Assembly: GCF_046119375.1 (NCBI RefSeq)
Contig: NW_027362761.1
Coordinates: 970,610,001-970,674,000 of the forward strand
Length of the DNA: 64,000 bases
Direction of reading: 5' to 3'
From: Phyllobates terribilis
Lineage: Eukaryota
Shown here: one piece after another, positions 25,280-38,760 of the stretch
How positions within the stretch are numbered: position 1 is the first letter of the stretch
Layout: each line of letters opens with the position of its first letter
Notes under the pieces: model-generated
What the model was told of the DNA's origin: nothing
The model's input: the letters and a program-made list of their open reading frames with translations, nothing else
Database searches by the model: none
Translations under genes and position numbers: made by a program

Positions 25280-26690
25280 ACATGTGTATCGAGCCTGCCC
25301 CCTCCCATATACCCATCCTAGCCCCCCCATGTGCCAGTCTGCCCCCCCACATATCCATCCTTGCCTCCATGTTTCCAGCCTGCGCCCCCATATGTCCCCC
25401 CCATATATCCTCCATGTGTCCAGCCTGCCCTCTACATATTCATCCTGGCCTCCATGTGTCCAGCCTCTCCCCTCATATATCCATACTGCCCTTACCCCCT
25501 GCATATATCCATCCTGACACCCCCCATATATCCAGCGTGCCCCTCCATATATTTATGCTAGCCCATGTGTATCGAGCCCGCCCCCCCACATATTCATCCT
25601 AGCCCCCCCCATATATCCATCCTGGCCTCCATGTGTTCAGCCTGCCCCCCCCCCCATATATCCATCCTGGCCTCCATAAGTCCAGCTTGCCCCCCCCATA
25701 TATCCATCCTGGCCTCCATATATCCATCTTGCCCCCCCATATATCCATCCTGCCCCCCCATATATCCATCCTGCCCCCCATATATCCATCCTGGCCTCCA
25801 TGTGTCCAGCCTGCCCCCATATACCCATCCTGCCCACCCCCCTTTGCCTGGGTCCACCTTGGTTCCCCCTTGTGTGTCTTGCCAGGGCTCCCCCTTGTGT
25901 GTCCAGCCAGGGCTCCCCTCCCTTGCGTGTCCAGCCAGGGCTCCCCCCTTGTGTGTCCAGCCAAGGCTCCCCCCCTTGCGTGTCCAGCCAGGGCCCCCCC
26001 CCTCGTGTGTCCAGCTTGCCCCCCCCTCGTGTGTCCAGCTTGGCCCCCCCTCATGTGTCCAGCTTGGTCCCCCCTCATGTGTCCAGCTGGGCCCCCCCTC
26101 GTGTGTCCAGCTGGGCCCCCCCTCGTGTGTCCGTCCAGCTGGGCCCCCCCTCATGTGTCCGTCCAGCTGGGCCCCCCCTCGTGTGTCCGTCCAGCTGGGC
26201 CCCCCCTCGTGTGTCCATCCAGCTGGGCCCCCCCTCGTGTGTCCGTCCAGCTGGGCCCCCCTTGTGTGTCCATCCAGCTGGGCCCCCCTTGTGTGTCCAT
26301 CCAGCTGGGCCCCCCTTGTGTGTCTGTCCAGCTGGGCCCCCCCTTGTGTGTCTGTCCAGCTGGGCCCCCCCTTGTGTGTCTGTCCAGCTGGGCCCCCCCT
26401 TGTGTGTCTGTCCAGCTGGGCCCCCCCTTGTGTGTCTGTCCAGCTGGGCCCCCCCTTGTGTGTCTGTCCAGCTGGGCCCCCCCTTGTGTGTCTGTCCAGC
26501 TGGGCCCCCCCTTGTGTGTCTGTCCAGCTGGGCCCCCCCTTGTGTGTCTGTCCAGCTGGGCCCCCCCCTTGTGTGTCTGTCCAACTTGCCCCCCCCTTGT
26601 GTGTCTGTCCAGCTGGGCCCCCCCCTTGTGGGTCTGTCCAGCTGGGCCCCCCCTTGTGTGTCCTGCTGGCCCCCGCCTTGTCTGTCCAGA
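25280..26690. repeat. C-rich minisatellite complex: ~21-bp CCCCCCATATATCCATCCTG-type units grading into 28-bp CCAGCTGGGCCCCCCCTTGTGTGTCTGT units
   Basis: Period 28 measured at 26412 and 26440; produces 28-aa repeats in the ORF track. Confidence 0.95.
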
Positions 26691-27091
26691 CCATTACACA
26701 CACACACACACACCTCTTACCTTCCTGCGGTCCCGTGCGGTGTCCTCCTTCTCCTGAGTTGCGCGCCTCCTTCACAGCAGGTGCATGACGATGACGTCAT
26801 ACGCCGGCCGGCGAAGGGAGACACGCAGCTTCAGCTGCTTCACTGGGACGTGCGCCGCGGTGGTTCAGGTAATGAACGCTGCGTGCGCGCGTCCCTGCAT
26901 ACACTGTGCCTGTGCTTTTAAAGGGCCCGTGCCCCTTAAAACCGCAGGATTTTTTTTTGTTCTCTTCTCCCCCCTCTACTCTGCAGCAGGGGCGGGGCCC
27001 ACCGGGAAATTTCCCGGTATCCCGCCAGCCCAGACCGACCCTGGTTGGGGAGATACTTGTTCAATAGATTTCCCTATGCGTCATTGCTTAA

Positions 27092-27335
27092 AGAGAACCT
27101 GTCATGTGCAGAACAAGCTGTCATTGAAAGTACCAGGGAGTGATTACAGACGCCGCTCAAAGTATTGTAAGCAATGACTGTAACCGCTCTCTGCACAGCA
27201 CTATTACTGAAAGTTAGCACCTCCTGGGTGGATTTAAGGTCATTTCCTCCCAGAGGCCGAGCTATCAGTGGTGGTCAGACAGTATTTTAAAGCTATCTGC
27301 CTACAGATTAGCCCAATATCTTCACATGACAGGTG
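27092..27335. mobile_element. T2/Kolobok-type MITE, right end eroded
   Basis: TTAA then AGAGAACCTGTCATGTG ... CACATGACAGGT. Confidence 0.55.
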
Positions 27336-29099
27336 ATGACTGTTGGCCATGACTGTAAATGTCCCTACTGTGTTTCAAGTTTTGAATCACAGGCGCATCA
27401 ATTCCTACCAATGTCAGGTGGTGTTGATTTGTATGTGCAACACAAAATTTTCTACCTAACCTAATTAGAAAAAAAAATAAAGTAAAGAACATTAAAGACA
27501 TTTCCTGTCGTGTTCAGCTACTTTCATATACATGATGAAAATATGATACAATGATCCAGATTTAGTTAATGGGGGTAATGCAGTCATGAAAAATAGAAAA
27601 AGGACCAGCTCGCCCACACTCCTAGGCATCCTCAGGCATGGAACACAAGGGACCACTTGCAATAGTAGAAGGAGAAAAAACAAAAAACGTTCCAGCTTCC
27701 ATAAAGTGCAAAATATTTATTGATACAAAAAGGATTCCATATAAAATATCAACGTGTTTCAAATGCAAAGCTGCGTTCTTTATCAAAGCTGTAGGTAATA
27801 CAGTCAGACTGATCTTGTCTTCACGCTAAATATGTGTATAATAATTTGGAGGGTTTCAGCCACAGTAGAAATAAAAAAAGACTAAGGACTCATACTCACA
27901 GGGTTGGACTTTGTTAGGCTGTACACAGCGAGTTGGGAAGTGGTGTAAAATGTAAATAAAATAAGAATACAATGATTTGAAAATCTCTTATGTGACAACA
28001 GAGCATCAATCTGGTAACTGGTGCATTGGTGAATTATTCTTAATTATGCCATATGTATTATTCCTTTGTTCAGTAGGTCAAGGGACATGAGCCATTGTTT
28101 CATGTGAGTCTGTCCCTTGACCTTTGTTGTATGTTAATTTGTGGAATGCCTGCTGATTACTTATTGCATCAGCCCCCTGCGATGAACTCATCTGCATTAC
28201 TTAGAGAACAAATATGCAGGCTAATTGAACAATCAAACAATGAGGGATTGCCTCTCCCCATCTTCCCCCAATCCTGCAAGAGAATTCCCTAAATGAGAGC
28301 TGTGGTATGTAAAAGGTCTCCAGACAGACTCTACATGACAGTTTGTGTATTTTTAAAAGAATTTTTTCTCTGCTCAATAAAGATTATTTGGTTATATAAG
28401 GACTGTTTTGGATACAGTTTTCTGTACTCTTTATTATTCCAGGGCATAGGATGGTTTAAAATAATTGGTATTTCCTTCCTTGATAGGATTTCTCTACAGA
28501 ACATCAGCCTGTCACCTGCCCATCACTGAACCCACAAAGACGTTTGGAGAATCTAGGTTGGAACAATCAGGTCACCTGACCACATACCTTACTGTGCTTG
28601 GTCAGCTTCCTAAGCTTGCCACTTCCTCCTTTCTGTAGGAGCCCACCAAAAGTGGGGTGCTACTAGTTGGGGTATTTGGCCCTGGATGCCTGAAGTTGTA
28701 GAGGTTTTAATCCCCGGTGAGCCAGTGGAAGGGACTCTGTTATTTGCACCATCTTGTGTACTTGCTGGGAATGTACTATATATACTATATGTTGTTGACT
28801 GTTGGTGATCCAAAAAGTATTACCACAGTGTGTTACCCTCACCCTTTGTTGTCTGAGTAGTATTCTGCCCAAGTAGGTGTATTCAGTGGGATGAGCCCTG
28901 GCCTGTGCAGTCTTTCTAAATACAATAATCTGGTTGCTTTATAGTCAGGCAAAAAACTTCAATAGTCAGGTGAAAGAACACCAATTTTCACCTTTTTCTT
29001 CGCTTGGAAGAGGAAGAGAGGAGGAAAAGGAGGTGGAGCAGGTGATAATGAAGGATGACATAGGCTTGGTACAGGCAGGGTAAGAGGCAAACAGAGCAA

Positions 29100-29760
29100 A
29101 AATGATGATGACTGACCATGACAAACAACCATCGCAGTGGTGTTATGACAATGTAACAACAGAGCCCTCTCTCATGCTAGTGGGTATGGCAAGCTGTTTG
29201 CTGCTGTCCTTGTGGGAGGACAGGCGCATAGTTAACATAAATCAAAGTTATTACTACTGGAAAGCCACACTTTTAGACCCTTGCTATAAAAGCAAAATAG
29301 GGGATTTTTTTCCAGCTTCTGAAAGGGAGTCCAAATTGACTTGCTACCAGGATAAGCTCTGTTACCTGCTCCGCAAAGTTTTGCCGAGCAAACACCTGAC
29401 ATATACAACTGTCTAGCTAATCCCTTTGCTATACATGTAGACATAATGTTAGCCCTCCCAGTGTTAGAGCTGCAACAAGAACATTTGACATGAGAGACAA
29501 GATGTTGTTTCTGCCATTCCGACAACCTGACATTCTTCAGCAAACAAAGATGCTCTACCTGACTCATAGATTTTTGAATCAACAAATAGGATTAGTTGTA
29601 AGAACTGGCTCAGTTAGTTAAAGCTATACTGTCGTGTCCAGCCTCCAGTGTCATTTATTTGTCACACTAACAGGGACCAACTTATCTGCCACAACTGTGG
29701 AAAACCTAACATTTGTCAATATAAATCAGGTATGGATCAGTGCAGACTTTCATGCACAAA
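29100..29760 (+). pseudogene. Old hAT transposase C-terminal relic
   Basis: YYWKATLLDPCYKSK and LSATTVENLTFVNINQVWI match the hAT YWVATLLDPRYK and LSTDNVDRLTFIKMN motifs. Confidence 0.75.
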
Positions 29761-30249
29761 TAGCTGATTCTGATTATAAAATTGACCATACCATCTGTCT
29801 GCCTGACTGGCTTTCAATTGAATTTTGTCTACACTGTTCACTGCCACCAGTGCTGATGGACCACACTCTGATGGTCAGCTTTTCCAGCTACATACCTCCT
29901 GGCTAGTCACTGTTTCATAATGCTAGACTATACTGCATCTGCTATTTCTGTCTCTAAACTGTCAATAATCTCCTTGCCTGCCATGTCCTAACTTTCTACC
30001 ATGCTGCTCCTGCCACAATCATTGCACGGTCATGCCAGCCAAACATGTCATGGCTGCCCAGTGTGTTTCATGCTTTCATAGTCCTATACTGCTGCTGCAA
30101 GAGTTGCTTTTGCTGACCCCAAACTGCTATGCGCCTACCCCACCCTAACTTTCTACAATAAAGGCTCCTGTGGAAGTCACTGCACAGTCATGCCGTTCCC
30201 ACCACTCCTGGCCACTGTGTTTTATAATGAAAGACAGTACTACTGGTAA

Positions 30250-30900
30250 TGGGATATGCACTCTTATGTTTGTGTACCTGCAAGAAACAGCTCCCAAATA
30301 GGGCTAATTTTTTAATAGTTTTGGTGACAACAAGTCATAACTTCTTCACGTTCAAAACTATGCAACTCTTTTGTATCCAGAAAAAATGGGATAATTTTTG
30401 GAGGGCTTTATATAAACCTTTCTATTTTCCTAATCATTTTGTGATTGTCAAAATCAGTTGCAGACTCCAAAGAGAGATAATTTTTTTTCACTTCTAATTG
30501 AAAGCCCATTACATCTACTTATTCAAAACAGTACACTTGTTTTGACTCCCTAATAAAAGGGATAATTGTTGAATGGCTTTTGAAAAAGCTATAACTTCTT
30601 CATTTAGCAAAGTCTTTATACTCCCAAAACAGAGATAATTGTTGCACCCAACTGTGTGAAAATGCCACAATGTCCTCCATTGCACTGCCTGCCTATAAAT
30701 AACAGCAATGCATACATCTGCCCTCCCAAAGGGATAATTTATATCTATAATAGTCAGATACTGTAGTGTGTTCTTACATATGCTGTTGATTACCTCTGGT
30801 TTTCCCCTGGCCAGATAGGTTGAAATTATTTGCATTACAATGCTCAAATTGTGTTCATTTGACTCTAATAGCAAATCACAGTGTTTTTCACATATTTTCC
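30250..30900 (-). pseudogene. Highly decayed Gypsy RNase H-like relic
   Basis: Weak similarity, e.g. LLLGSQNKCTV resembling the Gypsy RNase H HLLEGA..VTV region. Confidence 0.35.
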
Positions 30901-30992
30901 AGTCAATTAAAGGCCTTTAATCTTATAAACAACAAACATTCACCAACAGTTTAATTTTTCTGAAGAACTACGCAAAGCCAACTGCTCATCAT

Positions 30993-31753
30993 TAGTGATG
31001 AACGGGCACTAAAATGCTCGGGTGCTCGTTGTTCGAGTCGAAAAAATTGGAATGCTCGAGTGCTCGAACTGAATAACGAGCCCAATGTAAGTCTATGGGA
31101 AACTCGAGCATTTTTCCAGCAGCTCCCCCGGCGGTCTGCAGAGGGCCTAAAAATTTCCCAAATCGATGGGAACAGTGCTCAAATGACATGTGAACAGCAT
31201 GGGGAATACCCCTGGAAGCATTTATGACTCCCAGGTCACTGCTGTCAACAACGTTGTCAGAGGTATTATGCCACTTTTACGGACTCACAATAAAACATAC
31301 AAAAAAGAAACCAAAATGGATTTTCCTGGAAAATTTGTTAAGGAGCATCCTTTCCAGGGTAATGACTTGGATATAAGGCAAAATAAATATACAAAAACAA
31401 AAATGCTCCTCCACATCTTGGGCTAGGTTCACAAGTAGCGTTTTTGATGCGTTTTTGCACTTTTGCATTGCTTTCAACCAAGACAAATGCATTCACCAGG
31501 AAATGTCATTTTAATATTTTACAACCTTATCTGGCCATGTGGTTGTGACACATCAACAGACACATCCTGTTTCATTTATGATGGAGGGACTCTGAAAGTC
31601 ACGAAGCCTATTTTTAAAGAGCCATCAGGCGGCCCTTACTTTTCTTAAAGGGCCAGCGGTTGGCCCTCGTTATTGTTAGAGAGCCATCAGCAGGCTATGC
31701 TTTGTTGTTCCCATTATTAACGAGTGGGTCTCTTATACTGTTATTGCATATGC
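30993..31753 (-). mobile_element. hAT-A 3' terminal segment, inverted
   Basis: Starts TAGTGATGAACGGGC at 30993; reverse complement of 17750-18309 followed by the 9400-9600 subterminal sequence. Confidence 0.8.
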
Positions 31754-31759
31754 AGTGAC

Positions 31760-32130
31760 GGCACAGAATTGAGTGATTCCATAATTTTTTCCCTCTGCTT
31801 GGTCTGAAAAAAATTACCCTTACTGAGTACCACATTTTTAATCTTGATTTCTTTTAGTGTTTCTTAAAGCCCTAAAGTTGCCATTTGAAATGACTTTAGT
31901 TTTGTGCCATGTCTGTGATCTGCTTTTTTTCAACAACATTAAACAACTGAATGAACATCCTCCGAGCCTGGTGATTCCATAATTTTTGCCAGGGGTTGTA
32001 TACACAGTGCCTTGAAAAAGTATTCATTCTTCACAAACTTTTCCACATCTTTTCACTTGCACCTGCAAACTTAAATGTATTTATTTGAATTATATGTGAT
32101 GTACCAACATAAAGTATCTAGAATATGTGA
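31760..32130. mobile_element. Tc1 TIR fragments
   Basis: GTGATTCCATAATTTTT direct repeats ending GCCAGGGGTTG-TA, then a CAGTGCCTTGAAAAAGTATTCA start. Confidence 0.55.
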
Positions 32131-32149
32131 AGTGTAAAGGAGATGATAC

Positions 32150-32530
32150 ATGGCCCCTGATTAAGGCTGGTCCGAAACGCACGACGGGGTTGATGCACAT
32201 CCACCTAGGACCATCTGCATCCACTGACACTTTTCTTGGGTAATACAATAATTTATTCTTCATTATTTGTATATTTCATTCTTATCATTTGTATACACCA
32301 GCGACATGTATATTTCCTGATATGCAATCATATTTTTGCAGACTTTGGCTTTGGATTAGTAATTTAATCTATATACTATCATCTTTTATCATGTGATATA
32401 TTATACAATTATACGCCCATGCTCCTTTTTTGTGCGTCCCTTTTTCTTCACATGTGTGTATATTTTCCCCTTTCCCCCTTAGCCTGAGTTTTCTAATAAA
32501 ACTTTTTTTGTATTTTGACTATTACCTGAG
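32150..32530 (+). mobile_element. Penelope-like pseudo-LTR relic with a degenerate hammerhead core
   Basis: CCCCTGATTAAGGCTGGTCCGAAACGCACGACGGGG followed by an AT-rich tail with AATAAA. Confidence 0.5.
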
Positions 32531-33169
32531 CTGTTGATCATCATTTTCTGCCTTTTTCTGAATATAATTAGTTAAGCAGATTCTTGTCATGTCACTACAT
32601 TGTTACTGTTTTGCTCCTGGTGGTGGAAAAATCTTTTTCTTCCTATATTCTACAAATTACAACCTGTTCTCACATTCCCTAATAGCTCAGTGCATTATTA
32701 GGATCATTCCCAAGCAAAAGGTCGCTGGTTTTAATAGAGGAGAAGCCATAAGGAAAATTTCTCAAGAAAAGAGAAACAGAATCATCTAGCTTATCGATAG
32801 CGGTCACTGAGTCAAGAAAATTGCCAAACTGCATCATGTGAGTGTCATGACTGTTTAGCTTGTCAGTGTAAACTTGGTAATACATGCTCAAACCTCACAT
32901 TGTGCACTGTCAAGATTCCATCTTGTTTCACACACCCAATGGTTGTCATGTCATGTTGGTTGCCATCTCATGTGAAATTTGCACAAGTGCCGAACATTTT
33001 CTCATTTACTTATCTCAAATGAGTGACCATTGAAAGTTGTAGAGAAAGCAGTCAGCACATGATGACAAGTATGCAAATAGCATATGAATGGTCAAGTGAC
33101 AAACGATGGAACTGTGAAACAGAGTAGATTCTTAATAATGTGTATCTTATGCACTGTTAAGATTAAGTA

Positions 33170-34805
<1,636 letters not shown>

Positions 34806-35989
34806 TATGTTCTAGTCCCTCCTTAGTTTTAATCATTGCCTGGAAACCCCCTCTAATAACATTGCCACAACAGGCAAAAACATTGTTTACAAGTGTAACA
34901 TCATGCAAATATACCATATAGTATACATTGAGTGATGAAAAACACCTGAGTGATGAAGAACACCAGAGCGACACTTCAAGTAGTTATCCGTTTGAAATAT
35001 TTTAGCTCTAAAGTCAGTTTTGTTTTATCATATGATGCAATTTACAGTCCTAAAATGCAATAATGTATGAACCTTAATGTATGTATAATGTATGCATCTT
35101 ATTGCAATTCAGAGTTTTACCACAATAAGAAAAGGTTGAAAAATATATGCACAAATTCTAAATAACTTTTTACCAAACATTATTTAAAGCAAAAGGCTGA
35201 AATTTCATTAGAGTTTGGTATAAAGTCTTCTCTCAGTATCTTCTCCTACATAGAGTATACTCTAATCCCGCTAGTCATGTCTTGCATTAATTTCCCTTGT
35301 AAGTATGTCTCTTGTGCTCAGACTCATGGAGCAGTTTGCAGATAGATTGTTAAATGTAATTTGTACAATGACTTTATAGCTGTTTCCACCCCCACCCTCC
35401 CTATTAAAAAAAACATCTTGACATCCGGGAACTGTTCTTTCAGACTGAGCTTTAAGTACCATTGAATGGATGTAATCAATATCACACAGAGTGAGTAATA
35501 CAAACTCAGTTATAGAAGCCAATGATGTGACTATCTAACAGAGTCTCAACAAAGGTCAAGAAAAAGCTGGATCCAAAAATAAAGCTTCACTAAGAACTGT
35601 GTAAAAACAATCTCTATTTTGTACATTTGATGTGCTTACAGTTTCTACATTTGATTTGCTTACAGTTACAGTATGTACTCATTTAAGCACTTATGATAAA
35701 ATTACAGGCCTACAATATACATTATATGCATAGTACATCTAAGAGGTAAACTCAGTGATAGTTACATAGTTCATCAGTTCCGAAAAAGACATAAATTCAT
35801 CAATGAGGTCATCAATCAATCAATAATAAGTTTACCTTTTCAAGCTTCTTTGACCAATGTTACAATGTCTATTGATAGATTATTTACAGCTCATACTTCT
35901 ATTTTTTGGAGAAAAGCATACAACCATTTTCTAAATGCTGATATAGTTTCTGCCAATACAAGATTTTCTGATAGAATAGTTCAACATTG

Positions 35990-36150
35990 GAATGCGCTAA
36001 CTGTAAAGAACCCTTTTCTATTTAGCTGCCGAAATCGTCTTTACTTCACTCGTAATGAAAGTTCCCTGGTCCTTTGTAAGGTCCTTGGAAGGAATAAATC
36101 ACGTGTCTGTCCTCTGTATTGACTACACATTTATTTATACTTATAAATGA
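35990..36150 (-). mobile_element. CR1-like LINE 3' fragment, resuming at about 38010-38760
   Basis: Both parts share tatataaatgagat; LIMGDFN endonuclease motif and an INDLVDGIESKVA-like RT piece at 38527-38742. Confidence 0.55.
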
Positions 36151-37670
36151 GATAAGAAGGCACATCCAGCACAGAATCCTCGTAACAAATCCTTGTTTAT
36201 TGCAAATCCATAAAAACTCCATACACAGAGTAATCGGAGACGCGTTTCAGACTACTACATCTTTAGTCATTGCATACATACTATAGACAAATATAGCACA
36301 TATACCACAGCCATTAAACAATTTCTTAAAATGGCTGTGGAGTTCTTATTGAAAGATAATTGCTTCAAGTTTAACCTAAGTTCTTTCACCAAAAATGGGG
36401 AGCCCCAATGGAGGCTAATTTTTCCCTTTGTCTAGAAAATTTGTATATGTCCAAATGGGAGGAGTTATTTTTGTTTGCGGACAGTTTGTTTTCATCCCAT
36501 ATCAGGTGGCATGGTCGCTATATTGATGACCTCCTCCTGATATGGGATGGGAACACGGAGGAGGCCAATGAATTTGTCTCATATATTATTAACAACGATT
36601 TGAAAATGAAATTCACTTCAAACATGAATATTCATATGATGAGTTTTTTAGTCATCACTTTGGAAGGACATCTCATGCGGGGTAAACAGATCTCCCCATA
36701 TACTAAAAATAATGACATTAATTCCACTTTGTTGGAGACTTCATGTCATCCTGCTCACGTATTCAGGAATGTGCTAGTGGGAGATATTATGAGTCAAAAA
36801 GAATACTTAGGGTACTACATTATGGAAGCGGCAATCTATAAATATGTGCAATAAATTGCGTCGTAGGAATTTCCCAAAATGGATGTTGGCAAGTGTAATA
36901 ATGGGCAATATGGATAGAGAAGACATGCTAGCAGACAATAAAGGCAGAAATAAGGAATTTACTACACAAGACATAGACAGATTTTCATTTTCTACTAACT
37001 ATAGCATTGAATTCATGGAAATTAAAAACATCATACAAAGGAATATCCCAATGTTGTTACAGGATAAAACGTTAAATGAGGTATTAAAAACATCTGTCAA
37101 CTATGTAAGCCCCATCGTTTACACTTATGTCAAAAGTACCCTCGTTGGGTGATATGTTCTCTCCCACATTATTCTCTGTTAATAAATCCCCTACGTCTAC
37201 TTGTCTAAGAAACGTGGGGTTCCTTAAATGTGGCTATATGAGGTGTATGTGTTGTAATTTTGTAGTTAGAACTGAAAAACGAATCTCCCTAGTCATTACT
37301 TAGGAATACAAAATTAAATCGTACATAAACTGCAACACTGCGATCGTAGTTTGTTTGATCACATGTACGGCATGCAACATACAGTTTGTAGGGTGCACGA
37401 TAGGAGCATTGAAAATACGCGCAAGAAGGCATATTTCCGACACTAACAACAAATTAGTTTTGCAGCCTCCAAACACTTAATTGACCACCATAATGCCGAT
37501 ACTAGTACATTTAAAATTGTAGCTTTTGAAAAAGTCCATAGACCTGCTCGTGGAGTTGATCATAAAAGGAAACTTATCAAAAGGGAGTCATGGTGGATAT
37601 ATGTGTTAAAAACACGGGTAACGCAGGGTATGAATATGCACCAGGATATTATACACCATTATGAATAATA
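36150..37670 (+). mobile_element. Penelope-like element fragment (RT and GIY-YIG relic) with an inverted pseudo-LTR at the 5' side
   Basis: MEANFSLCLENLYM..WHGRYIDDLLLIWDG (RT); YINCNTAIVVCLITCTACNIQFVGCT near 37320-37400 (GIY-YIG region). Confidence 0.85.
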
Positions 37671-38009
37671 ACTACAGTTGTGCTCAAAAGTTTACATACC
37701 CCAGCAGAATTTTTCCCTTCTTGGCCTTGTTTCAGAGAATATGAATGATAACAAAAAAACTTTTTCTCCACTCATGGTTATTGGTTGGGTGAAGCCATTT
37801 ATTGTCAAACTACTGTGTTTTCTCTTTTTAAATCTTAATGACAAAAAAACATCCAAATGACTCTGATCAAAAGTAGACATATGAGGACCCCGTGCTGGAT
37901 GTACCTTCCAATGAAACTTCATTGTTTCATGCCGTACTACAAGATCTTCTGTGCAGAGGAGATCCTCAGTCCGTGGGTGAGCTGAATATCAGGTTACCGC
38001 AAGGTTTCC

Positions 38010-38760
38010 TATGACTTCTATATAAATGAGATCACCCCAGAGATTTTCTTTTTTCTAAACTAAGATGCCCAACTTTTCTAACCTCTCATTTTAGGAGAGG
38101 CCTTTCTTCGCATGTAATAATCTAGTTGCTGTCTTTACACTGACTTTAACTTTACAAAGTCCTGTTTAAAATGTTGAGCTCAAAACTGGATTCCAGTAGC
38201 ATTATAATGGATTTAGAGAGGTAATAACAGATTTGGATCACAGTATTTTAGCTATTCATACACCTTGAAATGTGTTTGTTTTTGCTGCTGCTGCTTGACA
38301 TTGAGTACTGCTTCTTAGCTTACTTGTATCCAGAATACCTAAATCCTTCCCCTGTTCTGGACTCTCGAGTATATTACATTTATTGTATATGTTTCAATAT
38401 GATTTATGTGTTTTCAGTGCATTACTTTACATTTATCAACACTAAACTTAACCTGCCATGTGTTTGCTCATGCAGACGTTTTATCTAGATCATTCTGTAA
38501 TAATACAAAGTTTAGCTCAATTTTTATTATTCTACAAAAATGTGCCCCCTCAGCATAGACTGCCACTTTACTTTCAATCCCATCCACAAGGTCATTAATA
38601 ATGAGAATATACACAATGTTGTACAGCTAGAAGACTCTATATCCCATTGAATGTCTGTAGAGTTAAAATCCCCCATAATAAGGACCATATTATTGTTTGC
38701 TGCTTTTTCCACTTGTTGCATTTGTAGTATTTCATCCTCCACCTGGTAGAAAGCTTATCA
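38010..38760 (-). mobile_element. CR1-like LINE fragments (RT tail and endonuclease piece)
   Basis: EKAANNNMVLIMGDFNSTDIQW; continuity with 35990-36150 across the Penelope-like insertion. Confidence 0.6.

Noticed and set aside
25565-26921. Long 370-407-aa Pro/Gly-rich ORFs on both strands
   Set aside because: A stop-free 28-bp minisatellite opens all frames; there is no domain signal.
28480-28560. Possible plus-strand exon after TTTCTCTACAG
   Set aside because: Weak donor and no recognisable peptide; not distinguishable from chance.
30980-31005. Palindrome-like GCTCATCAT-TAGTGATGA suggesting two abutting TIRs
   Set aside because: No subterminal hAT sequence lies to the left; likely coincidental.
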